DNA of 33,779 nt, taken from the sequence record DRR723986_1723; one strand, written 5' to 3'. The notes below the pieces were generated by a model. The model had not been told where the DNA came from and did not search any database. It saw only the letters and a list, made by a program, of their open reading frames with translations. Made by a program: the position numbers and the translations under genes. Of this stretch, positions 1 to 9,469 are shown piece by piece (the first letter of the stretch is position 1; every line of letters starts with the position of its first letter).

Positions 1-2
1 AA

Positions 3-31
3 GTGTTACCGAAAACCTCCCCAGGTAACAC
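3..31. promoter_or_regulatory. Inverted repeat GTGTTACC-N13-GGTAACAC, putative operator
   Basis: Perfect 8-bp arms at 3-10 and 24-31. The same half-site recurs at 101-121. Confidence 0.4.
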
Positions 32-100
32 CCAAATACCCTTATGAACAGCGCATTACACCAATATGAACAAAGTTTAAGCATATTGAGCCGTCGGCAA

Positions 101-121
101 TGTGTTACCTTACGTAACACA
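101..121. promoter_or_regulatory. Palindrome TGTGTTAC-N5-GTAACACA, putative transcription factor site
   Basis: Perfect 8-bp arms at 101-108 and 114-121, ending 56 nt before the ATG at 178. Confidence 0.5.
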
Positions 122-177
122 AGGTGACAGCAGCATCTTGTTCCGGGGCAACAGCGCCCCACAGAGGAGAAAGAGAG

Positions 178-447
178 ATGAAAAAGCTAAGCAGCGCAGT
201 ACTACTTTTGATTGCCAGCACCGCAGCGTTTGCCGCTGACGAGGACACGGCGTCGGGCGCGCCGCTGGTATTAGCCTACAGTGAAGCCACTGCAAGTTAT
301 GCACAGGAGAATACGGCTGTTAACAACACCGTTAATGCCGAACGCGTACTGGCAAACACACTGGATGTGGTCTCAGCCTCACTGAGCGTAGCCCTGGACA
401 ACTTCGAAGCGCCGTCACTGCCTGGCGCCAAAAACCTCGACCAGTAA
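178..447 (+). CDS. Small exported hypothetical protein (89 aa)
   Basis: ATG at 178 follows an AGAGGAG RBS. The N-terminus MKKLSSAVLLLIASTAAFA is a typical Sec signal peptide with an AFA cleavage site. The ORF track start at 124 is probably too far upstream. Confidence 0.75.
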   Translation: MKKLSSAVLLLIASTAAFAADEDTASGAPLVLAYSEATASYAQENTAVNNTVNAERVLANTLDVVSASLSVALDNFEAPSLPGAKNLDQ

Positions 448-450
448 ACG

Positions 451-1305
451 CTAAGGACTTGCGACCAAACAGCTCGCAAATGCCTCACCAAGCTGGCGGT
501 AAAAGCCCATAAAGCCGCCAGCTGTCATGGTCTCACCCGCCATCGGGTCCAGCTCGACAACCGGCACGTCCAGTCCCTGCGTCAACACCCTCAACATCGC
601 GGCAGGATATTGCGGCTCGCGAAATACACACTGTATCTCACCCGCCTGCAATTGCTCGCGCAACTCGGCCAGGTGTCGCGCTCCCGCCATACGGCCCTCA
701 CCACCCGACAGCACCAGCCCGCCACGCAAATCATAGCGAGCCTCAAAACGGGAAAAGCCGTCATGCAAAAACAGATAGCGCTGATCACCTGCTCGCTGCA
801 AGCGGGACGCCAACGATTTGTCATACAGGCGCAGGGCAGAAGTGAGGCGCGCCGCGTTGGCATGGAAGTATGCACTGCGACTGGGCACCCGATCTGACAG
901 CAGCTTAGCGATGCGCCGCGCCATATAGTGAATTTGCTCAACATCCAGCCAGTAGTGGGCATCAACATCGCCGGGCTGGTCATCCGGATACAGAGCAACC
1001 GCATGGTCAAAGCGGCGGATGGGCTTGCTTAGGTAGTGCTCCAACGCGGGCCCAAACCACAACACCATATCCGCTTTAGCCAAACGGCCGAGGTCAGAGC
1101 TGCGCAACTGAAAATCGTGAGGTGACGTCGCGGCAGACTGCAGCAACGCAACCTCGGCGGCATCGCCGGCAATGTCGACCACCAACAACTGCAGCGGCTT
1201 AACGGTAGTAATCAGTTGCAAGGACGACGCGTAAGCCGGCACAGAAATACAGCAAAAACACAGCAATATCAGCCAGCAGCGGCGCATGATCGACAGTAAC
1301 CTCAA
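451..1305 (-). CDS. znuA: Zinc ABC transporter periplasmic binding protein ZnuA
   Basis: Signal peptide plus cluster A-I metal-ligand motifs SPHDFQLR, DAHYWLD, LHDGF and LDPM. Divergent from zur-znuCB. Start is TTG 1305 or ATG 1287. Confidence 0.92.
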   Translation of the reverse strand: MRLLSIMRRCWLILLCFCCISVPAYASSLQLITTVKPLQLLVVDIAGDAAEVALLQSAATSPHDFQLRSSDLGRLAKADMVLWFGPALEHYLSKPIRRFDHAVALYPDDQPGDVDAHYWLDVEQIHYMARRIAKLLSDRVPSRSAYFHANAARLTSALRLYDKSLASRLQRAGDQRYLFLHDGFSRFEARYDLRGGLVLSGGEGRMAGARHLAELREQLQAGEIQCVFREPQYPAAMLRVLTQGLDVPVVELDPMAGETMTAGGFMGFYRQLGEAFASCLVASP

Positions 1306-1328
1306 CGTCAGGTGGTGTAACAGAAAGA

Positions 1329-1351
1329 AAATTGAAATATTATAACATTAT
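1329..1351. promoter_or_regulatory. Zur box in the znuA/zur divergent promoter
   Basis: AAATTGAAATA-T-TATAACATTAT matches the gammaproteobacterial Zur consensus GAAATGTTATA-N-TATAACATTTC at 7/11 (left arm) and 9/11 (right arm), in the expected position. Confidence 0.75.
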
Positions 1352-1373
1352 TATTTCTACTAGGTGCTGACCA

Positions 1374-1865
1374 ATGCCTACCGAGGCACCCGAGCAACAT
1401 CACAACCATCAACATTGCATTGATGAAGCCCTGCAGCGTGCGCGCCAGATATGTGCCGCCCGCGGTGCACGACTCACGCCGATTCGCGAGCATGTTCTCA
1501 GCCTGATCTGGGAGAGCCACAAACCAGTGGGCGCCTATAGCTTGCTGGAGTCGCTCGACGCACAAAGCGAACGTCGCAGCACACCCCCCACCGTCTATCG
1601 CGCCTTGGATTTTTTACTGGAGCAGGGGCTGGTTCACCGCATTGCGTCGCTCAACGCCTTTGTCGGCTGCGCGGACCCAAGCCATCGACACTCCGGGCAC
1701 TTCCTCATTTGCCGGCACTGCAATACCGCCATTGAACTCGACGCCGAGGCGATCGATAGCGCCATCCGCCAAGCCGCCGAGGGGCGCGGCTTCCACGCAG
1801 AAGAGCAGTGCGTAGAGGTTGTCGGCAGCTGCCAGCGCTGCCAGGAGCAACCCGAGAGTGCGTGA
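1374..1865 (+). CDS. zur: Zinc uptake regulator Zur (Fur family)
   Basis: RLTPIR, PPTVYRALDFL, two CxxC motifs (CRHC, CQRC) and a His-rich N-terminus. Directly upstream of znuC. Confidence 0.95.
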   Translation: MPTEAPEQHHNHQHCIDEALQRARQICAARGARLTPIREHVLSLIWESHKPVGAYSLLESLDAQSERRSTPPTVYRALDFLLEQGLVHRIASLNAFVGCADPSHRHSGHFLICRHCNTAIELDAEAIDSAIRQAAEGRGFHAEEQCVEVVGSCQRCQEQPESA

Positions 1866-2625
1866 CGGCCAACTTCTGCAGCTTGAAAAGGTGTCGCTTA
1901 GCCTCCGCCAGCAAACCCTGCTGTCAGAGATTGACCTGAACCTGGCGAGGCGAGAAATCATGACAATTATCGGCCCGAATGGCGCCGGTAAAAGCACCCT
2001 GCTGCGTATCGCCCTGGGCCTGCAGCGCCCCGATAGTGGCACCGTGACGCGCGCCCCAGGCCTGCGCATTGGCTATATGCCGCAGCGGCTGAGCATCAAT
2101 CCACTGATGCCGATCAGCGTTAGTCGCTTTTTACGCATGTCGCAGCAGCGGCGCTGCAGCATCAAGCAAGCCCTGTCCCGCACGGGCATTGCCCACCTGG
2201 CTGACCGACCACTCCACGATATCTCCGGCGGTGAAACTCAGCGGGTGCTACTTAGCCGCGCACTGCTCGCCGAGCCCGAGCTACTGGTACTCGACGAACC
2301 CGCTCAAGGGGTGGACATCACCGGCCAAACCGAACTCTACGAGTTGATTGGCGAGCTGCGGGATCAGCTGGGCTGCGCAGTGTTGATGGTTTCTCACGAC
2401 CTTCACTGGGTAATGGCGCAGACCGACACTGTTATTTGCCTCAATCAGCACGTTTGCTGCCACGGACACCCAGAGACGGTCAGCAATGATCCGGCTTATT
2501 TATCACTTTTCGGCCGTCGGCATGCCGAGGCGATTGCCCTCTATCAACACGACCACGATCACCGCCATGACATGCATGGCGAAGTTGTAAGGGAGAAGGG
2601 CGGCGGCCCCTGCCATCATGACTGA
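1858..2625 (+). CDS. znuC: Zinc ABC transporter ATP-binding protein ZnuC
   Basis: Walker A GPNGAGKST, signature ISGGE, Walker B LVLDEP, CLNQHVCCHG and a His-rich C-terminus. GTG start at 1858 follows AGGAG and overlaps the zur stop. Confidence 0.95.
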   Translation: MRDGQLLQLEKVSLSLRQQTLLSEIDLNLARREIMTIIGPNGAGKSTLLRIALGLQRPDSGTVTRAPGLRIGYMPQRLSINPLMPISVSRFLRMSQQRRCSIKQALSRTGIAHLADRPLHDISGGETQRVLLSRALLAEPELLVLDEPAQGVDITGQTELYELIGELRDQLGCAVLMVSHDLHWVMAQTDTVICLNQHVCCHGHPETVSNDPAYLSLFGRRHAEAIALYQHDHDHRHDMHGEVVREKGGGPCHHD

Positions 2626-3409
2626 TATTTTACTCAATGCACTGGCGGCCGGACTGATATTGGCGCTGGTGTGCGGCCCCCTTGGCACGCTGGTCACCTG
2701 GCAGCGCATGGCCTACTTTGGCGACACCCTTGCGCACTCGGCACTATTGGGGCTCGCGCTCGGCTTAAGCTGGCAAATACGCTTGGAGTGGGCGGTGTTA
2801 CTCGCCTGCACCGGCATCGCCGTGCTGCTGTTCGCCCTGCAGTTATGGCGCGACACCGCCCTGGACAGCTTACTGGGCATTCTCTCCCATACCAGCCTGG
2901 CACTGGGCTTGGTAGCGCTGTCATTTATGGATGGCCCGGCATTTGATCTCAATAGCTTTTTATTCGGCGACTTGCTGGCGGTAATGCCAGAAGATTTGCG
3001 CTTACTGGCGGGCATCGCCACCGTTGTATTGCTATTACTGGGCTGCTACTGGCGCGGCCTGGTAGCGGTAATCGCTCACGCCGAGTTAGCAGCTGTAGAG
3101 GGCCGAAATGTGAACGCCCTGCGCCTTTTGTTGATGCTGCTGATTGCCGCAACCGTCGCGGTCGCGATGAAGGTTGTCGGTGTGCTGCTGATCACCGCGA
3201 TGCTCATTATTCCCGCGTCGGCGGCGGGCAGATTATCCCGCAGCCCTGAGCAGTGTGCGGTAATTGCGATTTTATGCGGCGTCGCAGCGGTGGCCTCAGG
3301 GCTGGCAGCCGCCTGGACGTGGGACAGCCCAGGCGGGCCAAGCGTTGTCTTGTGCGCAGCACTGATCTTCGTTGCGGCGCAGTTTAGCCGCGGCTTTCGT
3401 CAGGCATAA
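2618..3409 (+). CDS. znuB: Zinc ABC transporter permease ZnuB
   Basis: RMAYFGDTLAHSALLG, LFGDLL and MKVVGVLLITAMLIIP motifs; hydrophobic; overlaps the znuC stop. Confidence 0.95.
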   Translation: MTDILLNALAAGLILALVCGPLGTLVTWQRMAYFGDTLAHSALLGLALGLSWQIRLEWAVLLACTGIAVLLFALQLWRDTALDSLLGILSHTSLALGLVALSFMDGPAFDLNSFLFGDLLAVMPEDLRLLAGIATVVLLLLGCYWRGLVAVIAHAELAAVEGRNVNALRLLLMLLIAATVAVAMKVVGVLLITAMLIIPASAAGRLSRSPEQCAVIAILCGVAAVASGLAAAWTWDSPGGPSVVLCAALIFVAAQFSRGFRQA

Positions 3410-3434
3410 AAAAACGCCGACTCGCGGCGTTTTT
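3408..3434. terminator. Bidirectional intrinsic terminator between znuB and the SCO gene
   Basis: AAAAACGCCG-actcg-CGGCGTTTTT hairpin with A and T tracts, between convergent genes. Confidence 0.85.
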
Positions 3435-3452
3435 AGCGCTTTTGCTTCTACC

Positions 3453-4115
3453 CTAATAATGCTCGCGGATCGTCAGGAAGCTGCGCTTCATCTTACTGAT
3501 GTCTAGCGGCGCCCTGAAAAAGCCAAGGGAATGCCCCTGAGGATTGACTAAGGCAACGTTGGCGCTGTGATCCACCATGTAATCGTCACCGCCGCCCGGC
3601 ACTTTGGCGAAGGGGATATTCAACGCCGTGGCAAAACGGTGGATCTCGAGAAAATCCCCCGTGATCCCGCGAAATGACGGATGAAAAAACGCTAAGTAGC
3701 TGCGCATTTGCTCGGGCGTATCACGGGCCGGATCAACACTGGCCAGCCAAATTTGAGTGTTCGCCTGAACGTCCGGTTCCAGCTCCTGATACAGCAGCTT
3801 GAGCTGAGCCAGGGTGGTGGGGCAGATATCAGGGCAGTAAGTAAAACCGAAGAAAATCAGATTCCACTGGCCTTTGAGGGCCTCCGGGGTCAGCGTTTTC
3901 CCTTGTTCATCGAGCAAACTAAACCCGGGAATCATGCGCGGGTTCTCATAGAGGTAGGCCCCCTGATCACGCAGTTCGTCCTTGGTCATCACCCGTGCTT
4001 TGGTGAAGGCGTAAAAGAAACCCGCAACCAAGCTGCCGGCAATCAGCAGAATAACTAAAACTGTTAGACGTATGCCGCGCCGCTGCTTATTTGTCGCTTC
4101 CGTGGCCTCACTCAT
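3453..4115 (-). CDS. senC: SCO1/SenC family copper chaperone
   Basis: N-terminal TM anchor, [12 protein letters not shown] (CxxxC) and the conserved His in VDHSA. ATG 4115 overlaps the cyoE stop. Confidence 0.93.
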   Translation of the reverse strand: MSEATEATNKQRRGIRLTVLVILLIAGSLVAGFFYAFTKARVMTKDELRDQGAYLYENPRMIPGFSLLDEQGKTLTPEALKGQWNLIFFGFTYCPDICPTTLAQLKLLYQELEPDVQANTQIWLASVDPARDTPEQMRSYLAFFHPSFRGITGDFLEIHRFATALNIPFAKVPGGGDDYMVDHSANVALVNPQGHSLGFFRAPLDISKMKRSFLTIREHY

Positions 4116-5046
4116 AGCCAGACACCTCGTAAATGATCGTTGCGGGCAGCATATAATGGTCCAACAACATAACAATAAACAGGGCCATCAAGTAAATAAT
4201 GGAGTACTTGAAGGTCGCCATCGGCGCTTTCGGGTCATTGCCGCGCAGCAGCACGATAGCCCAGTAAATAAAGCCCGCCCCCAAACAGATCGCCCCCAAC
4301 AGGTACAACATGCCGCTCATTCCAGTGGCGAAAGGTAGCAGCGTGACCACGAACAACAACAGGGTGTAGAGCAGGGTATGCAATTTGGTGTAACCAATGC
4401 CGTGGGTCACCGGCAGCATGGGGATATCTACCTTGGCGTAATCATCGCGCCGGTGGATCGCTAGCGCCCAGAAGTGTGGCGGCGTCCACACAAAGATAAT
4501 CAGCACCAGCAGCAGAGCATGGCCGTGAATCTCACCGGTAACCGCCGTCCAGCCTAGTAGCGGCGGCGCCGCACCAGCAATACCACCGATGACGATATTC
4601 TGTGGTGTCGCGCGCTTTAAATACAGGGTATACACCACGGCGTAACCGAGCAGCGAGGCGAGGGTCAACCAAGCCGTCAGGGCATTGATTTCAACTAACA
4701 GGATCGCCATTCCTGCACCCCCAAGAACCGCAGCAAAGATCGCCGCATTAACCGTTTTCAAACGCCCCTGCGCAATCGGCCGGTTGTGGGTACGCGCCAT
4801 TATGAGATCGATACGGCGATCCACCAAGTGATTGACCGCCGCCGCGGCCGCCGCGCACAAGCCAATACCCAGGTTGCCAAACACCAACACCCGCCATGGC
4901 ACCATACCGGGGACCGCCATAAACATACCGATGATCGATGTCAGCAGCATGAGAAAGACGACATTCGGCTTACACAGCTCGTAGTAATCGCGCCAACTCA
5001 CCGCCGACGATTGCGGCTCGGCCTCGGCGACATTTTCCCGACTCAT
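4108..5046 (-). CDS. cyoE: Heme O synthase (protoheme IX farnesyltransferase, CyoE/CtaB)
   Basis: [32 protein letters not shown] and [10 protein letters not shown] motifs. ATG 5046 forms an ATGA overlap with the ctaA stop. Confidence 0.95.
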   Translation of the reverse strand: MSRENVAEAEPQSSAVSWRDYYELCKPNVVFLMLLTSIIGMFMAVPGMVPWRVLVFGNLGIGLCAAAAAAVNHLVDRRIDLIMARTHNRPIAQGRLKTVNAAIFAAVLGGAGMAILLVEINALTAWLTLASLLGYAVVYTLYLKRATPQNIVIGGIAGAAPPLLGWTAVTGEIHGHALLLVLIIFVWTPPHFWALAIHRRDDYAKVDIPMLPVTHGIGYTKLHTLLYTLLLFVVTLLPFATGMSGMLYLLGAICLGAGFIYWAIVLLRGNDPKAPMATFKYSIIYLMALFIVMLLDHYMLPATIIYEVSGYE

Positions 5047-6092
5047 ACTCGTACACCCCCACGGTTTACCGTTGCGGTAAACACGCAATAATTCATTGTC
5101 ACCATTACCAATAACAGTAGCGCGCCGACCAGGTTATGCGTCACCGCCACAGCAATGGGGAAGTTAAATACTATATTGCTAATACCCAAAAGCACCTGGG
5201 CAACGAGCACGGCAAGCATGACCACCGACAGGCGTTTCGCAGGCGCCGTCGCCAAGCCGCGCAGTTTCACAAACAAAAACAGCAAGTACAGGCTCGTTAT
5301 GATCGCGCCGATACGATGGCTAACATGGATGGCTACCCGCGCGTCGTTGTCCAGCACGCCACCAAGGTAGTTCGGCCCAACCTGCTGGGCGATATTAAAG
5401 CCATTGGCAAAGTCCATCGGCGGCAACCACGCGCCCTGGCAGCGCGGAAAGTCGGGGCAGGCAATGTCGGCGTAGTTGGACGTGGTCCAGCCACCGAGCG
5501 CGATTTGGCCGACAACAATCAGCAGCCCAACAACAACCAAAGGCCGCAGTGCGGTCAGCTTTGGCTCAACAATAGCGGGCAATTGCCAGCGCTGATTATT
5601 TAATCGCAGGGTAAGTAGCCACAATAAACTGATGGTTGTGAAGCCGCCCAACAGGTGGGCAGTGACCACTTGCGGCCACAATTTCAGCGTTACCGTCCAC
5701 ATGCCGAACATGCCCTGCAAGATGATGAAGGCCAGCAGAAAAACCGGCAGTTTCAGGGGCTGCTCTGGGCCGCGGTTGCGCAGCGCAAACACCAGGATGC
5801 CAATGGTGAACAATCCCAGGCTCGTCGCTAAATAACGGTGCACCATCTCCGGCCAGGTCTTGTCGTGCTCCACTGGCATTTCCGGATAGGCTTCATTCGC
5901 GCGAGCAACCTCGTGGTCTTCGGTCGGCCATAACACGTGACCATAGCAGCCCGGCCAATCGGGGCAACCCAAGCCGGCGTCAGCCAAACGGGTAAACACC
6001 CCCATGCCCAACACAATAATGGCGACCAAGCAGGCACTGAATGCCAGACGAAATCCGGGCTTACGCAAATCGGGACTATTAAACAGCGTCAT
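5043..6092 (-). CDS. ctaA: Heme A synthase (COX15/CtaA, Cys-pair type)
   Basis: [34 protein letters not shown] and THN motifs. Confidence 0.93.
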   Translation of the reverse strand: MTLFNSPDLRKPGFRLAFSACLVAIIVLGMGVFTRLADAGLGCPDWPGCYGHVLWPTEDHEVARANEAYPEMPVEHDKTWPEMVHRYLATSLGLFTIGILVFALRNRGPEQPLKLPVFLLAFIILQGMFGMWTVTLKLWPQVVTAHLLGGFTTISLLWLLTLRLNNQRWQLPAIVEPKLTALRPLVVVGLLIVVGQIALGGWTTSNYADIACPDFPRCQGAWLPPMDFANGFNIAQQVGPNYLGGVLDNDARVAIHVSHRIGAIITSLYLLFLFVKLRGLATAPAKRLSVVMLAVLVAQVLLGISNIVFNFPIAVAVTHNLVGALLLLVMVTMNYCVFTATVNRGGVRV

Positions 6093-6133
6093 CTATCTCT
6101 CTACCAATCTGTTTTGTATTCGCCAGCACCGCA

Positions 6134-6751
6134 CTACTTAAGCAAGCGGCGCATGTCTTTGAGCACGTCCTTGCCCAGGGTTGTTAACGTTTCCGTGGTG
6201 GTATCCTCTGCACGGTAGACCATCATCACCCACCCCAGCGGATCGACAATGTAGAAGCTGTGCTTGTCCAGTGGCGAAGTCGGCAATGCCGAAAAGGCCT
6301 TGAGAAAGCGACTGCCATCAACATTTACTACCGTGATGTCACTGTGCTCTTGTTCGATAAAATCGCGAAGCTGTGGCGACAAAGGGCCTTCAGTGGCAAG
6401 GTAGACGCGCTCGACCCTGTCCGTTTTCTTGCCCAAGGCCACATGTGTCTGCCGCGTTAAATACAGCATGCGCTCGCAAGCGCCCTGGCACTCGCGACCA
6501 CCGACAACCATAAACACCCAACGCGACTCGGCGGTGTCAAACAGGTATTCGCTGCCATCAACACGGGTCGGCGTTAATTCACTAAGCTGCACCGGCGGTT
6601 GAATTAAGCTACCGCGATTGACCGTGCCAAAATCCAATACTCGCTTTTGCGCCAACAAAAACATTACGCTGGACACGGCAATAACCAGCACCGGAATGGC
6701 AAGAATTAGCGCAACCTGCTTTTTACTACCTGAAGGCAGCTCCGACGTCAT
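6134..6751 (-). CDS. Cytochrome oxidase-associated membrane-anchored protein (thioredoxin/SCO-like, CxxxC)
   Basis: Single N-terminal TM, NRGSLIQPP, CQGAC and IVDPLGWVMMVY..DMRRLLK. Sits at the usual position between SURF1 and ctaA in gammaproteobacterial cox clusters. Confidence 0.8.
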   Translation of the reverse strand: MTSELPSGSKKQVALILAIPVLVIAVSSVMFLLAQKRVLDFGTVNRGSLIQPPVQLSELTPTRVDGSEYLFDTAESRWVFMVVGGRECQGACERMLYLTRQTHVALGKKTDRVERVYLATEGPLSPQLRDFIEQEHSDITVVNVDGSRFLKAFSALPTSPLDKHSFYIVDPLGWVMMVYRAEDTTTETLTTLGKDVLKDMRRLLK

Positions 6752-7491
6752 GATTTTCCCTCTTGTTTTAAACGCTGTTTAATTACCGCCAGCACATTGC
6801 TGTTGCGAATTAAAAATATCACCGCCAACATCGCCGCCATCGCAAACCACTGAACGGCATAGCCGTGGTGCTTTTGTGGCGAAACGTTTATCAGCACACG
6901 ATCTGTACGTAGCGCAGCCGGGCTGCGTTCACTCAGGCGCATTACCGTCGGTAATACCCCATCTATTTCCCGCGCGATCTCGTCGGCATCGAACCACTGC
7001 TGGCGCCGTGGCCAGTTTGTCGGCGACTCTTCTCCTAAGCTGAACGGCTCTTCCAGCGATTTATATAGCTCACCCTGTAGACGAAGCTTGCCCTCAGGCC
7101 ACGTAATCTGCGGCAAGGTTTGGCGGCTCGGATCAGCAGCAATCCAGCCGCGTTCGACAAGAACTTTACGTCCATCAGCCAAATTCAGGAGCGCGATTAT
7201 CTCATAACCGAATTGCCCCTGCCTGATCCGATTGTCCAATAACCAGTATCGTTGGGTGTCAAATTGTCCCAGGGCGAAAACCGGGCGGTAATTCGGGTAG
7301 TCGTTAAGCGCGGCGATATCCACGGCGGCTTGTTGCCGACGCTCCTGAGCGGCCGCCAATAGCTGCTGCTTCTCGTCGGCACGCTGCAGCTGCCAAAAGC
7401 CCAACCGTATCGTCAGGGGCAGGGCCAACAAGATAACGATCAAAGACTTCCAGTCGAGCGACCATTGCAAAGGCGTGCGCGTGTAAGGCAT
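6748..7491 (-). CDS. SURF1 family cytochrome oxidase biogenesis protein
   Basis: LGFWQLQRADEK, LLDNR, LVERGW and HHGYAVQWF motifs. Confidence 0.93.
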   Translation of the reverse strand: MPYTRTPLQWSLDWKSLIVILLALPLTIRLGFWQLQRADEKQQLLAAAQERRQQAAVDIAALNDYPNYRPVFALGQFDTQRYWLLDNRIRQGQFGYEIIALLNLADGRKVLVERGWIAADPSRQTLPQITWPEGKLRLQGELYKSLEEPFSLGEESPTNWPRRQQWFDADEIAREIDGVLPTVMRLSERSPAALRTDRVLINVSPQKHHGYAVQWFAMAAMLAVIFLIRNSNVLAVIKQRLKQEGKS

Positions 7492-7541
7492 GTCGAGATT
7501 CCGATTGTGTATACTGCGGCAAACGCTATGGGAGAGTTCTA

Positions 7542-7784
7542 ATGTGGTTAAAAGTCGTCATTGTAGTGCTATTTATTGCACTGTGTTTCAGCCTGTTCAG
7601 CGGCCTGTTTTTTCTATTTAAAGATCGCGGCACAACGATGCGCACCTGGCAGTCACTGAGCGTGCGCCTAGCGATTGCGACGCTGCTGATGGGCTTTCTG
7701 TTTTATGGGGTGTATACCGGCCAGCTTGGCTCAAAGGCTCCCTGGGATCAGCGCTACCTGGATGACGGCCGCGCCACACGCTAA
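7542..7784 (+). CDS. Twin-transmembrane small protein (DUF2909/HIG1-like)
   Basis: Two TM helices with SLFSGLFFLFKD...SLSVR. Opposite orientation within the cox cluster, as is typical for this family. Confidence 0.85.
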   Translation: MWLKVVIVVLFIALCFSLFSGLFFLFKDRGTTMRTWQSLSVRLAIATLLMGFLFYGVYTGQLGSKAPWDQRYLDDGRATR

Positions 7785-7793
7785 GCACCACAT

Positions 7794-7849
7794 AAAAAAA
7801 CGGCCGGAAACGCCTATTTGCCATGCAAACTCACGTATCCGGCCGTTTT
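7794..7849. terminator. Bidirectional terminator-like long hairpin between DUF2909 and coxC
   Basis: AAAACGGCCGGA (7797-7808) pairs with TCCGGCCGTTTT (7838-7849), with an inner ACG/CGT pair and a TTTGC-cat-GCAAA stem. Confidence 0.75.
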
Positions 7850-7868
7850 CGGCGTCACTAAACGCTAC

Positions 7869-8849
7869 TTACAAGATATAGACAAACAGGAACAGGAATA
7901 CCCATACCACGTCTACAAAGTGCCAGTACCAAGACGACGCTTCAAAGCCAAACTGATCGTCGGCGGTGAAATGCCCCTTGCTTGTTGAACGCAGCCACTG
8001 GATCAGCAGCATGACGGTACCCATCGCCACGTGGAAGCCGTGGAAGCCGGTCAACATGAAGAACGTAGTGCCGTAAACACCGCTGTTCAGCTTGATGCCA
8101 TATTCAAACAGGGCTTCGTGGTATTCCATGTACTGCAGGTACAGGAAGATCGCACCCAGCGCCACAGTAATGAACAACCACAGGTTAAACTTCTTGCGGT
8201 TGTTTTCCTTGATGCCCATGTGAGCAATGTGGCAAGTGAAGCTGGAGGTCAGCAGGATGATGGTGTTGTACAGCGGCAGCCAGTGGCCGATGTTAGCAAA
8301 ACCAGGGAAAGACAAGTGCTTCTCTGCACCGGTAAATTCACCATTGTTCGCCAGATGCCCCGCAGCCGCCTGACCGGAAACACCACCAATGGCGTCCTGA
8401 GGCGTTTCCATCAACGGCCAGCTGTACTCAAAGCCCGGCCATAGCAGCGTGTTCATCGCGCCATCGCCTTCGCCCGCCAGCCATGGGCCAGCCAGGTTAC
8501 GAATGTAGAACAGTGCGCCAAAGAAGGCTGCAAAGAACATCACTTCCGAGAAGATAAACCACTGCATGCCAATCACGTAAGAGTGCTTGAGCTGAGCACT
8601 GTTCATGCCCTGGCGGTTTTCACGAATAGTGGTTGCGAACCATACCCACAGGGTAGCGGCGAAGTACACCAAACCTGCAAACAGGATAAAACTAGAGTTG
8701 GTTTCTTCACCGGGGCGATAGCTGGCGTCGTTAATTACGCTGGCCGCGCCATAAACCGAAGCTACCAAACCGATAGTTGCGTTGATAGCAAGGCTACTTT
8801 TCTCCGGCACGTAATAGGTTTCGTGCCCGGCATTGCTTTGACCCGCCAT
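7869..8849 (-). CDS. coxC: Cytochrome c oxidase subunit III
   Basis: WFIFSEVMFFAAFF, FFMLTGFHGFHV and FEASSWYWHFVDVVW motifs. Confidence 0.97.
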   Translation of the reverse strand: MAGQSNAGHETYYVPEKSSLAINATIGLVASVYGAASVINDASYRPGEETNSSFILFAGLVYFAATLWVWFATTIRENRQGMNSAQLKHSYVIGMQWFIFSEVMFFAAFFGALFYIRNLAGPWLAGEGDGAMNTLLWPGFEYSWPLMETPQDAIGGVSGQAAAGHLANNGEFTGAEKHLSFPGFANIGHWLPLYNTIILLTSSFTCHIAHMGIKENNRKKFNLWLFITVALGAIFLYLQYMEYHEALFEYGIKLNSGVYGTTFFMLTGFHGFHVAMGTVMLLIQWLRSTSKGHFTADDQFGFEASSWYWHFVDVVWVFLFLFVYIL

Positions 8850-8888
8850 GATTAATTCTCCGTTTTCTCGCTTGAGAAAAATCTCTTT

Positions 8889-9455
8889 CTATTTAGACGC
8901 CGCAACAGAATCCTGCTTTGCGGCCATCTCGGTTACGTCAAAAATCGTGTAGGAAAGGGTGATTACGTGTATGTCTTTGGGCAGATCCCGGTCGACAATA
9001 AAACGCAACGGCATATCGGCTTCTTTGCCGGCATCCAGCGGTTGCTGGTTAAAACAGAAGCACTCGGTCTTGTGAAAGTACTCTGCCGCACGCGAGGGAA
9101 CGATGCTGGGAATGGTCTGCGATACCATATAGTGGCTCTGGGTGTTCTTGGCGTAGAACGTCACCATCGCAGGCTCCCCGGGATGAACCTCTACCTGACT
9201 GGTATTCGGGCCAAACTCCCAGGGCATCAGCTCGTTATTTTGCGCGACAAACTGCACTTTTACCGTGCGGCTTTCGTCAACCGCACTGTCAACCACTTCA
9301 TAGCGGCCACCTGTCTTACCGTTGATACCCAACACCTCACAAAGTGCATTGTAAAGTGGTGGCATCACCCACATGGCAAAGGCAAACATTGCGACAACAA
9401 GCACCAGTAACTTACCAGTGGTTTGAATAACGTTACGCTGCGTTGCATTTGCCAT
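8889..9455 (-). CDS. ctaG: Cytochrome c oxidase CuB assembly protein CtaG/Cox11
   Basis: PPLYNALCEVLGINGKT and KTECFCF motifs. Confidence 0.95.
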   Translation of the reverse strand: MANATQRNVIQTTGKLLVLVVAMFAFAMWVMPPLYNALCEVLGINGKTGGRYEVVDSAVDESRTVKVQFVAQNNELMPWEFGPNTSQVEVHPGEPAMVTFYAKNTQSHYMVSQTIPSIVPSRAAEYFHKTECFCFNQQPLDAGKEADMPLRFIVDRDLPKDIHVITLSYTIFDVTEMAAKQDSVAASK

Positions 9456-9469
9456 GTTTCCGACTCCTC

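Noticed and set aside
8023..8038. CCACGTGGAA, a parS-like core
   Set aside because: Only 10 of 16 positions match, and it is explained by the conserved GFHV codons of coxC.
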